From positions 1 through 64,000 of the forward strand of contig JBCCQQ010000035.1 in NCBI GenBank assembly GCA_039024555.1: DNA of 64,000 nt, in the 5' to 3' direction. This DNA is from Cyanobacteria bacterium P01_D01_bin.156 (GTDB lineage Bacteria; Cyanobacteriota; Cyanobacteriia; Phormidesmidales; Phormidesmidaceae). A model generated the notes under the pieces. The model was not told the origin of the DNA. It saw only the letters and a program-made list of their open reading frames with translations, and searched no databases. Within the stretch, counting starts at the first letter, position 1. The number at the start of each line of letters is the position of its first letter. The position numbers and the translations under genes are program-made. This document shows, in pieces, positions 32,085 to 42,757 of this stretch.

Positions 32085-32477
32085 AGAGATGATAGGGCTT
32101 TTACATTTATTTACATTTTTTCGGCAAGTCAAGCAACCTAAGGGCATAAGCGGATTACTGCTATTCCTGTTTGTAGGTATGCCCCTTAGCCTCACAGGGT
32201 AGCGCTACGGTGCTCTGCTTGAGAGGGTTTCCAAAGGTTTTCGAAGTACGCTGATGCAGCAAAATACTGCTAGCGCTGTGCCTGTTACAGCCGTAGGCAT
32301 CGGTCTCGCGTGGAAAGAGCGGTTTATCTGAGACGGTGAAATGTAATAATACTCATAGCAATTTGCAAACTTCTGTGACGACGTTGAAGCGAAACCCTTG
32401 CAACTTCTCGTCTCGGACTGTTTGGAACTAGGCAATGCAGCCTTTAGATTCATACTCGCATATATAGTCTGATAGTT

Positions 32478-33020
32478 ATGGCTCAAGCTTCTGGAAACCC
32501 TGATGTCCCTGATTTAGGGCGTCGCCAATTCATGAACTTGCTCACCTTTGGAGCAGCGACCGGTACAGCTGTGGGCGCACTTTATCCCATTGTTAAGTAC
32601 TTCCTACCTCCAAGCAGCGGTGCCGCTGGTGGTGGTGTGACGGCTAAGGATGAGCTAGGTAATGATGTTATCGCTAGCACTTACTTGGAAACCCATGGCG
32701 CTGGTGATCGCTCTCTGGTACAAGGACTGAAAGGTGATCCGACATACTTGGTTGTCACGAACGATGGCACTTTAGACAACTATGCTGTCAATGCAGTTTG
32801 TACTCATCTTGGCTGCGTTGTTCCTTGGAATGCTGGTGCAGACAAGTTTATGTGCCCTTGTCACGGTTCTCAGTATGATGCTGCCGGAAAGGTCGTCCGT
32901 GGCCCTGCTCCTCTTTCCTTGCCTCTAGCTCAAGCAGAGGTTGCAGAAGATGACAAGGTAATTTTGAGCCCTTGGATAGAAACTGATTTCAGAACAGGCG
33001 AAGCGCCTTACTGGGCATAA
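32478..33020 (+). CDS. petC: Cytochrome b6f Rieske iron-sulfur subunit
   Basis: Tat motif RRQFM; CTHLGC and CPCHGS. Confidence 0.98.
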   Translation: MAQASGNPDVPDLGRRQFMNLLTFGAATGTAVGALYPIVKYFLPPSSGAAGGGVTAKDELGNDVIASTYLETHGAGDRSLVQGLKGDPTYLVVTNDGTLDNYAVNAVCTHLGCVVPWNAGADKFMCPCHGSQYDAAGKVVRGPAPLSLPLAQAEVAEDDKVILSPWIETDFRTGEAPYWA

Positions 33021-33075
33021 GGCATCTGTTTCAGTTGATTTCTCTCTACATAATTGAATTGCTGGCGTGCGACGG

Positions 33076-34044
33076 ATGAAATTTGATTTTTTAAGTGTGT
33101 TCAATAAACTGCTAAAGGCAATTGTTTCTGGGACAGTGGTTGCGATCGCAGCTATGGGTCTGGTTTTAAGCAATGCTCAATCAGCAGCAGCCTATCCTTT
33201 CTGGGCTCAAGAAAACTACGAGACTCCTCGAGAAGCAACTGGCAAGATCGTTTGTGCCAATTGCCATCTTGGCAAGAAGAAAACTGAGATTGAAGTTCCT
33301 CAGGCTGTTCTGCCAGATACTGTGTTTGAAGCAGTGGTCAAGGTTCCCTATGACTTAGATGATCAGCAAGTGCTCGGCGACGGTAGTAAAGGTGGTTTGA
33401 ATGTGGGCGCAGTGCTAATGCTGCCCGATGGTTTCCAGCTAGCTCCCGAAGATCGTATTCCTGAAGAGATGAAGGAAGAGATTGGCAGCACCTTCTACAC
33501 CCCTTACAGCGACGAACATCCCAACTGGTTGCTAGTTGGTCCTGTACCTGGTGAACAGTATCAGGAAATTATCTTCCCAGTTCTGTCCCCTGACCCTGCT
33601 GCTGATAAGAACATCAGCTTTGGTAAGTATCAGGTGCATGTCGGCGGTAATCGTGGTCGTGGCCAGGTTTACCCCACAGGCCAAGCTACGAACAATGTCA
33701 TTTATACGGCTTCTAAAGGTGGCGTAATTGCTGGTATTTCAAAGGGTGACTACAGTACCGAGGTCACCATTAAAACTGCAGACGGTGAAACTGTTACTGA
33801 AAGCCTACAGCCCGGTCCTGAGCTCATCGTGTCCGAAGGTGATGCAATCGAAGCTGGTGCAGCTCTGACCAATGATCCTAATGTGGGTGGTTTTGGACAG
33901 CACGATACTGAGATCGTACTTCAGAGTCCTAATCGTATTAAAGGACTGCTTGCATTCTTGGCAGCTGCTGCCCTGACTCAGATAATGCTAGTACTCAAGA
34001 AGAAGCAGGTTGAGACCGTACAGGCTGCTAACATGACATTCTAA
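33076..34044 (+). CDS. petA: Apocytochrome f
   Basis: [24 protein letters not shown]. Confidence 0.98.
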   Translation: MKFDFLSVFNKLLKAIVSGTVVAIAAMGLVLSNAQSAAAYPFWAQENYETPREATGKIVCANCHLGKKKTEIEVPQAVLPDTVFEAVVKVPYDLDDQQVLGDGSKGGLNVGAVLMLPDGFQLAPEDRIPEEMKEEIGSTFYTPYSDEHPNWLLVGPVPGEQYQEIIFPVLSPDPAADKNISFGKYQVHVGGNRGRGQVYPTGQATNNVIYTASKGGVIAGISKGDYSTEVTIKTADGETVTESLQPGPELIVSEGDAIEAGAALTNDPNVGGFGQHDTEIVLQSPNRIKGLLAFLAAAALTQIMLVLKKKQVETVQAANMTF

Positions 34045-34063
34045 ACCAATCTGATTGGATACT

Positions 34064-34100
34064 AAAAAAGGGAAGATGCTTAAAGCGTCTTCCCTTTTTT
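34064..34100 (+). terminator. petCA terminator
   Basis: AAAAAAGGGAAGATGC/GCGTCTTCCCTTTTTT. Confidence 0.8.
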
Positions 34101-34300
34101 AATGGGGTATTGCTTTCTTGAGAGGACATTGATGTAAGCCAAAAGCGACGTACCATATGAGTTACTTAGCTATAAATTTAGATATTACTTCCCTTGGCTC
34201 AGAATCCACTTACCTAAAGCAGGAGCGCCAGTAAACCTATTTCAGCTCGTTTCAACTCTTACACAACAACGGTTAAGCCCAGTTATTTAGTCCCTTTTCA

Positions 34301-35755
34301 ATGAGCGTAGTCCTTTACAACACCCTATCTCGTCGCAAAGAACCGTTTCAGCCACTGGAGGCTGGCACTGCCAAAATCTACTGCTGTGGTGTTACGGTCT
34401 ATGACTACTGCCATTTGGGTCATGCACGCTGCTATGTCGCCTGGGATACGGTCCGTCGTTATTTGAAATGGCGGGGCTACAATGTGCGCTACGTGCAAAA
34501 CTTTACAGATATTGACGACAAGATCTTGAACCGTGCCCGCAAAGAAGGCACCTCCATGGAAGCTGTTTCTCAACGGTTTATCGAGGCATATCACGAGGAT
34601 ATGGCACGTCTTAATATTCTCGAAGCCGATAAGTACACCTACGCCACCCATACTATTGACGGCATTAAGCGCCTGATTAGTGAGCTGGAGCAAAAAGGCT
34701 ATGCCTATGCAGCCGATGGGGATGTTTACTACAAAGTGCGCCAGTTTGAAGGCTATGGCAAGTTATCAGGCCGCAAACTGGAAGATATGCAGGCTGGCGC
34801 CAGCGGTCGCGTAGATAGTGGTGAGTCCAAAAAAGAGTATGCCTTTGACTTTGCCCTATGGAAGGGGGCAAAACCCGAAGAACCTTCCTGGGAATCTCCT
34901 TGGGGACCAGGGCGTCCAGGGTGGCACATTGAGTGCTCTGCCATGGTGCGAGATTGCATGGGAGATACCATTGATATTCACATGGGGGGCGGCGATCTCA
35001 CCTTTCCTCACCATGAGAATGAAATTGCCCAGTCGGAGGCCGCCAATGGCTGTACCCTATCTCGCTACTGGATGCACAATGGCATGGTGAATGTGAATGG
35101 GGAAAAGATGTCTAAGTCCTTGGGCAACTTTACAACCATTCGTCAGCTATTAGATGCAGAGGATGGGTTAGATCCCATGGCCCTCAGGCTATTCCTATGC
35201 CAAGCTCAGTACCGGAAACCAGTGGACTTTACAGCGGATGCAATTACATCTGCGACTAAAAGCTGGCAAACCCTACAAGATGGTTTGCTGTTTGGATATC
35301 ACCATGGAGAAAAACTCAACTGGGATACAACAAGTATTGGGGCATTAGATCCTGAAGTTCATGCACTACAACGTTTCCAGGCGTCGATGGATGATGATTT
35401 CAACACGCCAGAAGCCGTTGCTGTCCTATTTGAGCTAGCGAAAGAACTGCGTCGGCAAGGCAATCTCTTAGTCCATGAAGGCAAAGCGGACGCTGATGGG
35501 AGCATCCTAAAGCAGCAGTGGCAGACGCTGGTTGGTCTAGCTCAGGTACTTGGAATTGAAGCGGCACCAGAAGATAGCGCAGCCCCTGATGGTAGTGGTC
35601 CCAGTGACGATGAAATCGCCACATTAATCGAACAGCGCCGAGCGGCTAAAAAGACAAAAGACTTTGCACTAGCGGACAAAATTCGAGATGGCTTAACAGC
35701 TCAGGGAATTACCCTGATCGACAAACCAGGGGGTGTGACCGAGTGGCATCGGTGA
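34301..35755 (+). CDS. cysS: Cysteine--tRNA ligase
   Basis: HLGH, GWHIECS, KMSKS. Confidence 0.98.
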   Translation: MSVVLYNTLSRRKEPFQPLEAGTAKIYCCGVTVYDYCHLGHARCYVAWDTVRRYLKWRGYNVRYVQNFTDIDDKILNRARKEGTSMEAVSQRFIEAYHEDMARLNILEADKYTYATHTIDGIKRLISELEQKGYAYAADGDVYYKVRQFEGYGKLSGRKLEDMQAGASGRVDSGESKKEYAFDFALWKGAKPEEPSWESPWGPGRPGWHIECSAMVRDCMGDTIDIHMGGGDLTFPHHENEIAQSEAANGCTLSRYWMHNGMVNVNGEKMSKSLGNFTTIRQLLDAEDGLDPMALRLFLCQAQYRKPVDFTADAITSATKSWQTLQDGLLFGYHHGEKLNWDTTSIGALDPEVHALQRFQASMDDDFNTPEAVAVLFELAKELRRQGNLLVHEGKADADGSILKQQWQTLVGLAQVLGIEAAPEDSAAPDGSGPSDDEIATLIEQRRAAKKTKDFALADKIRDGLTAQGITLIDKPGGVTEWHR

Positions 35756-36520
35756 ATGGTGAACACGCAAAAACCGGTCATGACTGTGGGTGTATTAACC
35801 GCCAGTGAATCCCGTTCCATGGATGCTGGGCAGATCGCAGACCTGATTAATTATTTGGCCGATTTTCTGACATCTGAGCGAAAAACTAAAATTGAAAGGG
35901 TTATAGCCCACCGTACTCGGTATATTACCGTCGCCCTAGAAGACATTCACACTAGCCAAAATGCTGGAGCAGTCCTGCGCAACTGCGATAATTTTGGGAT
36001 CCAAGACATACACATTATTGAACAAACCACCAACTTTAAGGTGAACCTCAATGTGACTCGGGGCTGTCAAAAGTGGTTAACGACCTATCGGTACAAAAAC
36101 CAGCAAAATAATACTCATAGCTGTATTAACACTTTAAAGGAGCAGGGCTACTGTGTGGTGGCGACCACACCCCATACCGATGCTTGCAAACTGCCAGATT
36201 TACCGTTAAATCGACCTATTGCTTTGCTATTTGGTAATGAGCTGGATGGTTTGTCAGACACTGCTTTGGCCCAAGCAGATCAACATCTCAAAATCCCTAT
36301 GTATGGTTTTAGCGAGAGCTTTAATATTTCGGTGAGCACTGCGCTATGTTTACAAAGTATTTGCGATCTCATACACCAGTCATCTTATCCATGGCAGCTT
36401 TCACCCGCAGAACAGCAACTCCTAAAACTGGATTGGTATCGCAACTCCTGTAAACATCTACAACAGGTAGAAGCAGGGTTTTGGCAAGCACAGGCTCGCC
36501 AAGAACTGCAATACCCTTAG
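35756..36520 (+). CDS. TrmH/SpoU family RNA methyltransferase
   Basis: NAGAVLRNCDNFG, FGNELDG, IPMYGFSESFNISV. Confidence 0.9.
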   Translation: MVNTQKPVMTVGVLTASESRSMDAGQIADLINYLADFLTSERKTKIERVIAHRTRYITVALEDIHTSQNAGAVLRNCDNFGIQDIHIIEQTTNFKVNLNVTRGCQKWLTTYRYKNQQNNTHSCINTLKEQGYCVVATTPHTDACKLPDLPLNRPIALLFGNELDGLSDTALAQADQHLKIPMYGFSESFNISVSTALCLQSICDLIHQSSYPWQLSPAEQQLLKLDWYRNSCKHLQQVEAGFWQAQARQELQYP

Positions 36521-37626
36521 AATCCATACTCTTCTAGAACAGCATCATCAAGATCATCCATGGAATCTGCGCCCATCAAGTCGTAACACATGTCTTGTAA
36601 ATCCTGATGTTTCTGGCGACGGGACTTGCGGCGGTACTTTTTCGCTTCTAGCTTCGGTTCATGAAGGACCTGACCATCGCTACCCATCTTCACCTTTTCA
36701 ATAGCTTCTTCATCAGGTCGATGTTCTTGCTGTTGTTGGTAACGTAATACTTCATCTAACAACGATAGATAGTGAGGGTAACGCTCCCAATCTCCCCGCA
36801 CAGAACAACCCGGTTCATCACGATGCAAACAGTCATTGAACTGGCAATCACCTGAACGCTGACGAATTTCTGGAAAACACTGCATCAATGTTTTTACATC
36901 ACAAGTGACATCCGGTTGATTAAAACCAGGCGTATCAGCCAGTAGTCCTCCTAAAGGCAGGTCAAAGAGCTCTACATGTCGTGTGGTATGACGTCCTCGA
37001 CCCAGCTTCCCAGAAACTGCATTGGTGCGAGCCTCAACATCAGGCACTAAATGATTTAAAAGACTGGATTTACCCACACCCGATGGTCCAGCCACTACGC
37101 TCACTCGTTGGCTCAAAGCATCTATTAAGGTTGAAGGCAAATATTTATCATTTTGAACACTCGTCAAAACGGGCTCGTACCCCCAGCATCTCAAACGCTG
37201 TTTCCATTGCTCAAGAGCTTCCTCAGTAAGGAGATCTCTCTTATTAAGGCAAAGCTTGACGGGAATTCCAGTGGATTCTGCTTTGACTAAGAACCGGCTC
37301 ATCTGCATTGGTTCTAACTGTGGTTCAGCCAGCGCAAAGACTAGCAAAATTTGATCCACATTGGAAACAGGCGGACGGTCTAAGAGATTGGTACGGGGTT
37401 GAATCGTTGCGATCGCTCCGCGTTGATCTAACCAATCTAATTCTTCTACCAGTACCTGATCACCTACCACCACCTGCTGGCCTAGTTTCTTTAAGCGAGC
37501 CCGACGGGTACAAAGAAAATACACAGGGCTTGCATCATCAAATAAAAACCTAACCTGATAATAATTTGCCTGGCAGGCTACAACAGTCCCCTCTTTGCTA
37601 GATGGCCTTTGAGAGCTACATGTCAT
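36517..37626 (-). CDS. rsgA: Ribosome small subunit biogenesis GTPase RsgA
   Basis: NKRD, GPSGVGKSS, GRHTT, DTPGF, CQFNDCLH..EPGC. Confidence 0.96.
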   Translation of the reverse strand: MTCSSQRPSSKEGTVVACQANYYQVRFLFDDASPVYFLCTRRARLKKLGQQVVVGDQVLVEELDWLDQRGAIATIQPRTNLLDRPPVSNVDQILLVFALAEPQLEPMQMSRFLVKAESTGIPVKLCLNKRDLLTEEALEQWKQRLRCWGYEPVLTSVQNDKYLPSTLIDALSQRVSVVAGPSGVGKSSLLNHLVPDVEARTNAVSGKLGRGRHTTRHVELFDLPLGGLLADTPGFNQPDVTCDVKTLMQCFPEIRQRSGDCQFNDCLHRDEPGCSVRGDWERYPHYLSLLDEVLRYQQQQEHRPDEEAIEKVKMGSDGQVLHEPKLEAKKYRRKSRRQKHQDLQDMCYDLMGADSMDDLDDAVLEEYGF

Positions 37627-37630
37627 ACCC

Positions 37631-37882
37631 TCACTCCGCTGGCTGACGGACATGCATCACAAAATACCCTTCAGTTACAGCCTCTAGATTCTCAATCAAA
37701 AACCCTGAAGAACGCAAACTATCAGGGACTTGTTCGACCGGTTCACCAGCATCTAACCAAACTTCAAGTAACTCACCAGCCAACATTTGCTGCAACTTAA
37801 GCTTCGTGCGTACAAAGTTTAACGGACAAGGAGTTCCACGCAAGTCTAATGTTGCATCCGGGCTATGCAAAGTATCCGTCAT
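37631..37882 (-). CDS. TusA/SirA family sulfur carrier
   Basis: LDLRGTPCPLNF. Confidence 0.9.
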   Translation of the reverse strand: MTDTLHSPDATLDLRGTPCPLNFVRTKLKLQQMLAGELLEVWLDAGEPVEQVPDSLRSSGFLIENLEAVTEGYFVMHVRQPAE

Positions 37883-37888
37883 GCTCCC

Positions 37889-39016
37889 CTACCCCTTAAA
37901 AAGGCCACCCAGAAATCCTTCTAATCCCTTTTTAGAAATCGAATCGCCACGCACTTCTGCTAGCTTAGCAAGCAACTCACGCTCTTCGGCCTTAATCCGT
38001 GTAGGAATATCCACAGCGACGGTCAGTAGGTGATTACCACGACTAACCGGATTCCCCAACTTGGGTACCCCGCGATTTTCAAGCGTCAGTACCGTATTTG
38101 GTTGAGTCCCCGGCGGTACTTGAACTTCTATGGGTCCATCTACTGTTTCTACCTGTAAGTCACAGCCCAAAATTGCCTGCAAATAACTCACATTTAGATC
38201 AGACAACACATTGATACCATCACGCTTAAACTTGCTGTGCTCCTTAACAAACAAATACACATAAAGATCTCCCGGAGGACCGCCACGCATACCAGCATCA
38301 CCTTCATTGGAAACCCGAAGACGTGTACCGTTATCTACACCAGCAGGAACCGTTATCTTAAGCTTCTTAGTTTCTTGCTTGCGTCCAGCTCCGCCACAAA
38401 CTTCACAGCGATCCTCAACCACTTCACCAGTGCCATTACAGGTAGGGCAGGCAGATACCTGGGTAAAGCTACCAAAAGGCGTACGTGTTGCTCTTCTAAC
38501 TTGACCAGAACCATTGCAAGTAGAACAGGTACGGGGGCGAGTGCCTGGTTTAGCCCCTGACCCCTTACAGGCCATGCAATTCTCCAAATGACTAATCTTG
38601 ATTTCTTTCTCTCCACCAAAAATAGCTTCTGAAAAGTCAAGCTTCAAATCTAAACGTAAGTCATCCCCGCGAGTAGGACCACGACGCTTCGCTTGGGTTG
38701 GACCACCGGAAAAACCACTAAAGAAACTCTCAAATATATCGGCAAAGCCGCCCATATCTGAGAAATCTTGAAACCCTGCACCACCTGCAGCAGCTCCACC
38801 AACGCCGGCCTCGCCAAAGCGGTCATACCTGGCACGAATTTCAGGCTCTGATAGAACCTCATAGGCACGATTAATTTCCTTAAATGTATCTTCAGCGCCT
38901 GGATCCTTATTAACATCCGGATGATACTTACGTGCCAGTCGCCGATAAGCGCGTTTTACCTCATCCTGGTCGGCACCTCGGGAAACACCGAGCACCTCAT
39001 AGTAATCACGAGCCAT
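37889..39016 (-). CDS. dnaJ: Chaperone DnaJ
   Basis: HPD J-domain, G/F region, four CxxCxGxG repeats. Confidence 0.98.
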   Translation of the reverse strand: MARDYYEVLGVSRGADQDEVKRAYRRLARKYHPDVNKDPGAEDTFKEINRAYEVLSEPEIRARYDRFGEAGVGGAAAGGAGFQDFSDMGGFADIFESFFSGFSGGPTQAKRRGPTRGDDLRLDLKLDFSEAIFGGEKEIKISHLENCMACKGSGAKPGTRPRTCSTCNGSGQVRRATRTPFGSFTQVSACPTCNGTGEVVEDRCEVCGGAGRKQETKKLKITVPAGVDNGTRLRVSNEGDAGMRGGPPGDLYVYLFVKEHSKFKRDGINVLSDLNVSYLQAILGCDLQVETVDGPIEVQVPPGTQPNTVLTLENRGVPKLGNPVSRGNHLLTVAVDIPTRIKAEERELLAKLAEVRGDSISKKGLEGFLGGLFKG

Positions 39017-39118
39017 AGAGCGATAGCTTAACAACGACAACTGGAAACCTTTCCACTATTTTACGTAAGCATAGTACGTTGCTAATTAGCAATTCCCGTA
39101 CTTCAACCATTCGGTCTC

Positions 39119-41185
39119 CTATTCAATAGCTTCGTAATCAGTTCTAATCGTTGCATCCGGATCAAACTCAGGTTCATCAGCCAGTAGATCGATAGCATCA
39201 TCAGGAGTAGATGATGGCACAGAGGCTTCCATAGCCAAATCAAATGGATCATCACTAGCTACAGAATCTGAAACATCAACGGAATTCACTGCAGCATTAG
39301 AAATAGACGACTCTGGTGTTTCAGGCTGAACATCTGGAGACGTTGCATCCATAGCAATGTCGTAGCTGTCCTCATTAACTTGCCGATACATCTCGGCACC
39401 AATGGCAAAAATAGTCTGCTGGAGACCATCTAAAGCTGTTTGGAGCACTTCAGGAGTAATATCCTTGTCATTCAATGCTGTTCTCAAGGTTGCTTCAGAA
39501 TCCTGAGCCTGTATTTTTTGTTCTTCGCTAATCCACTCAGCGTTATCTCGCATCACGGAATCATAGCTATGGAAGAGGGCATCAGCCTTATTTTTCATTT
39601 CAGCAACCACCTTCCGACGAGCATCTTCATCGGCGTAGGCATCCGCCTCTTCGCGCATTTTGTCTATTTCATCAGAGGTTAACCCACCAGTGTTCGTAAT
39701 ACGAATACTCTGAGCCCGACCGGTGCCCTTATCCTTTGCCGCGACCTGAAGAATACCATCAGCATCAATTTCAAATGACACCTCAATTTGAGGTATTCCT
39801 CTAGGAGCAGGCGGAATACCCGTCAGCTCAAACCGCCCTAAACTCTTATTATCTCGAGCCATAGCCCGCTCACCCTGTAGAGCATGAACTTCCACCACAG
39901 TCTGGCCATCGGTAGCCGTTGAAAAAGTCTGCGACTTACTTGTTGGAATAGTTGTATTTCGCTCAATTACCTTAGTAAAGACTTCACCCAGGGTTTCAAT
40001 ACCTAACGACAGAGGGGTAACATCTAATAAAAGTAAATCCTTAACCTCACCACCTAGAACACCAGCTTGAATAGAAGCCCCTAACGCAACGGCTTCATCA
40101 GGATTGACAGAACGATCAGGTGATTTGCCTTTAAAGTACTCCGTAATTGCTGTTTGCACTGCTGGGATCCTCGTAGAACCACCAACTAGCAGAATTCTAT
40201 CAATATCTTCCGGGGCCAAATCTGCATCCTTCAACGCTTGAGCCACAGGCTTTAAAGTTGCTTCCACCAGCGGTTTAGCAAGCTCTTCGAATTTAGCACG
40301 AGATAAATCCGTCTCTAGGTGCTTAGGACCTGTTTCATCAGCTGCGATAAATGGCAAGTTAATAGATGTTGTAGCACGGCTAGATAGCTCAATTTTTGCC
40401 TTTTCAGATGCTTCGCGAATCCGCTGCAGTGCCATACGGTCAGCAGAGAGGTCCATCCCTTCATGCTCTCTAAACTGAGCTAGTAAAAAGGTCACAATGC
40501 AGTTATCAAAATCATCACCACCCAAATGATTATTACCAGAGGTAGCCTTTACCTCAAACACACCATCGCCAAGCTGCAGTATGGAAACATCAAATGTACC
40601 GCCGCCTAAATCAAAAACTAGAACAATTTGATCCTGGTCTAACTTATCAAGACCATAGGACAAAGCTGCTGCTGTGGGCTCATTGATAATGCGTAGGACT
40701 TCAAGACCAGCAATCTTACCCGCATCCTTAGTAGCTTGTCGCTGAGCGTCCGTAAAATAAGCAGGTACCGTAATGACAGCTTGAGTGACTTCTTCACTAA
40801 GGTACGCCTCGGCATCTTGCTTTAGTTTCTGTAACGTCATGGCTGAAACTTCTTGGGGCGTATAAGTTTTACCCCGGATCAGCACATCTACAGTGTCATC
40901 TTTACCCCGGACACAGGTGTAGGGCACTCGTGACCGTTCACTTTCAGTGTCTTCCCAACGTCGGCCAATGAAGCGCTTAATACTGTAAACCGTATTTTCA
41001 GCATTAGTCACAGCTTGACGCTTAGCAAGCTGTCCCACCAATCGTTCACCGTTCTTGGCAAACCCAACAATGCTAGGCATTGTCCGACCGCCCTCTGTAT
41101 TCGTGATTACTTCGGGTTTACCACCTTCTAAAACAGCAACACAGCTATTTGTGGTTCCTAAATCAATGCCAATAACTTTTCCCAT
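39119..41185 (-). CDS. dnaK: Chaperone DnaK (DnaK1-type, acidic C-terminal extension)
   Basis: [25 protein letters not shown]; grpE-dnaK-dnaJ order. Confidence 0.98.
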   Translation of the reverse strand: MGKVIGIDLGTTNSCVAVLEGGKPEVITNTEGGRTMPSIVGFAKNGERLVGQLAKRQAVTNAENTVYSIKRFIGRRWEDTESERSRVPYTCVRGKDDTVDVLIRGKTYTPQEVSAMTLQKLKQDAEAYLSEEVTQAVITVPAYFTDAQRQATKDAGKIAGLEVLRIINEPTAAALSYGLDKLDQDQIVLVFDLGGGTFDVSILQLGDGVFEVKATSGNNHLGGDDFDNCIVTFLLAQFREHEGMDLSADRMALQRIREASEKAKIELSSRATTSINLPFIAADETGPKHLETDLSRAKFEELAKPLVEATLKPVAQALKDADLAPEDIDRILLVGGSTRIPAVQTAITEYFKGKSPDRSVNPDEAVALGASIQAGVLGGEVKDLLLLDVTPLSLGIETLGEVFTKVIERNTTIPTSKSQTFSTATDGQTVVEVHALQGERAMARDNKSLGRFELTGIPPAPRGIPQIEVSFEIDADGILQVAAKDKGTGRAQSIRITNTGGLTSDEIDKMREEADAYADEDARRKVVAEMKNKADALFHSYDSVMRDNAEWISEEQKIQAQDSEATLRTALNDKDITPEVLQTALDGLQQTIFAIGAEMYRQVNEDSYDIAMDATSPDVQPETPESSISNAAVNSVDVSDSVASDDPFDLAMEASVPSSTPDDAIDLLADEPEFDPDATIRTDYEAIE

Positions 41186-41267
41186 TGGAGAGACCGCTCA
41201 CTATAGCAAAATCACTTACTCTTTCAAAAACTTAAAAATCTGCAAATATAAGATATCAACTTAAGTC

Positions 41268-41294
41268 ATAGCATTCACACCTCAAGAGTGGAAA
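41268..41294. promoter_or_regulatory. Degenerate CIRCE-like inverted repeat upstream of dnaK
   Basis: ATAGCATTC-N9-GAGTGGAAA versus consensus TTAGCACTC-N9-GAGTGCTAA (7/9 in each arm, exact spacing). Confidence 0.45.
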
Positions 41295-41556
41295 ACGAGA
41301 CAACATCAATTACCAAATGCAACAAAACAAAAAAGTTTAGGTATACAGACATACTTGCGAATTCCACTAAACAAACATGCAAACGTATCATCTACCCCAG
41401 AAAGGTAGACTAATTAGCTCGATTTAGATGGCGTCATAGAAGGATCAACTCATTCAGACAGGCAGCATTCTGTATATAGATACTACCCAAATGAAAAAGT
41501 TCTGATAAAGGCTATTGTTTTCAAGAAAGCTTCACACCCTACCTAATACTTTCAGA

Positions 41557-41584
41557 ACCAAGCTAGCAAAACAGCTAGCTTGGT
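41557..41584 (-). terminator. Hairpin downstream of grpE
   Basis: ACCAAGCTAGC-AAAACA-GCTAGCTTGGT. Confidence 0.6.
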
Positions 41585-41621
41585 CTTCTCGATAATTTCA
41601 AAGTATGACACTAGTCCTTTA

Positions 41622-42305
41622 TTACTCTAGGGGCGTTGCAACTTTTACCATGGCATGACGCAAAACCTTTTCACCTAGCACGTAGCCCCTAACTAATTCT
41701 TCAAGAACCGTACCATCAGCATGTTCATCCGTTTGCTCTCGCATGACGGCTTCATGCAAATTTGGATCAAATTCTTTACCCTCTGCTCGCATAGGAGCTA
41801 CACCAATCCGCTTGAGAGCTTCAACCAGCTGTTTATAAACGCTTTGATAGCTCTTGTGAACGGACATCTCACCGTCATTCTGAGGTTTAATTTGAGCTCG
41901 AGCTCGCTCAAAGTTATCCACAACTTCCAGCATATTGCTGATGGTGTTGCATTTAATTTGAAGCTCTAAATCCTCTTTTTCGCGACTAGTCCGCTTACGA
42001 AAGTTCTCAAAATCAGCCGTGAGTCTAAGATACTGACTGTTTCTGTCTTCCAACTGAGTTTTGAGCTGTGCTACCTTCTCTTCCAGTGCGGTAATCGCAG
42101 CTCCTGCAGCTTCCCCAGCTTTTGGCGTATCGGAAACTACTTCATCACTGGCAGAACCATCAGAAAACTCACTATTGAAATCAATTTCGACATCAGCATC
42201 TTCTAGCTTTAGTTCTTCGATGCTAGCCTCCACATCGCCAGCAGCCACCGCCTCAGACTCTTCTTCAGCAGAACTATTTTCTGTTGGATTAACGTCCTCT
42301 ACCAT
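41622..42305 (-). CDS. grpE: Nucleotide exchange factor GrpE
   Basis: ADFENFRKR, FDPNLHEAV, GY..VLRHAMVKV. Confidence 0.97.
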   Translation of the reverse strand: MVEDVNPTENSSAEEESEAVAAGDVEASIEELKLEDADVEIDFNSEFSDGSASDEVVSDTPKAGEAAGAAITALEEKVAQLKTQLEDRNSQYLRLTADFENFRKRTSREKEDLELQIKCNTISNMLEVVDNFERARAQIKPQNDGEMSVHKSYQSVYKQLVEALKRIGVAPMRAEGKEFDPNLHEAVMREQTDEHADGTVLEELVRGYVLGEKVLRHAMVKVATPLE

Positions 42306-42757
42306 CGTCTAACCTCATCAATAACAAATCAAAAAAATACTTTTGGGACAGCTAATAAGTTTTTAAGAGGGGCGTGCACTAAAGACCTACCATTTTATAG
42401 AATTTTAGGAGCGCATGATCTAACAACTAGCAAATATACAACCCTACTAATAACTAGCCTGCGATCATAGCTCAAGTATATTAGCGGTATCACAATAATC
42501 CATTTTGCAACGTGATGGCCATAGAAGTTAATGGAGTTTGTCAAGGGCACCTATTCTTCAGTATCCAGTCAACGACGATTACGATCTTGCTAGCTGTATG
42601 CTGATGTTCAAGCTATTATCGATGGACGGGGTAGTGCTGACTAATAAGCTCGAGCACTGTAAGTTTTTCGAAATGTAAGATTCGGAATGTTTCCCGGTAG
42701 CTGTCTACAGAAAAGCGTTTTGTGGGCAACCTTCTGTAAGGATTTTCTGCGGCGACT

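Noticed and set aside
32200..32340. Several short inverted repeats and a 93-aa minus-strand ORF upstream of petC
   Set aside because: No recognisable RNA family; the ORF overlaps the petC start and lacks protein-like features
39119..39400. Long acidic DnaK tail
   Set aside because: Variable acidic extensions are common in cyanobacterial DnaK paralogues
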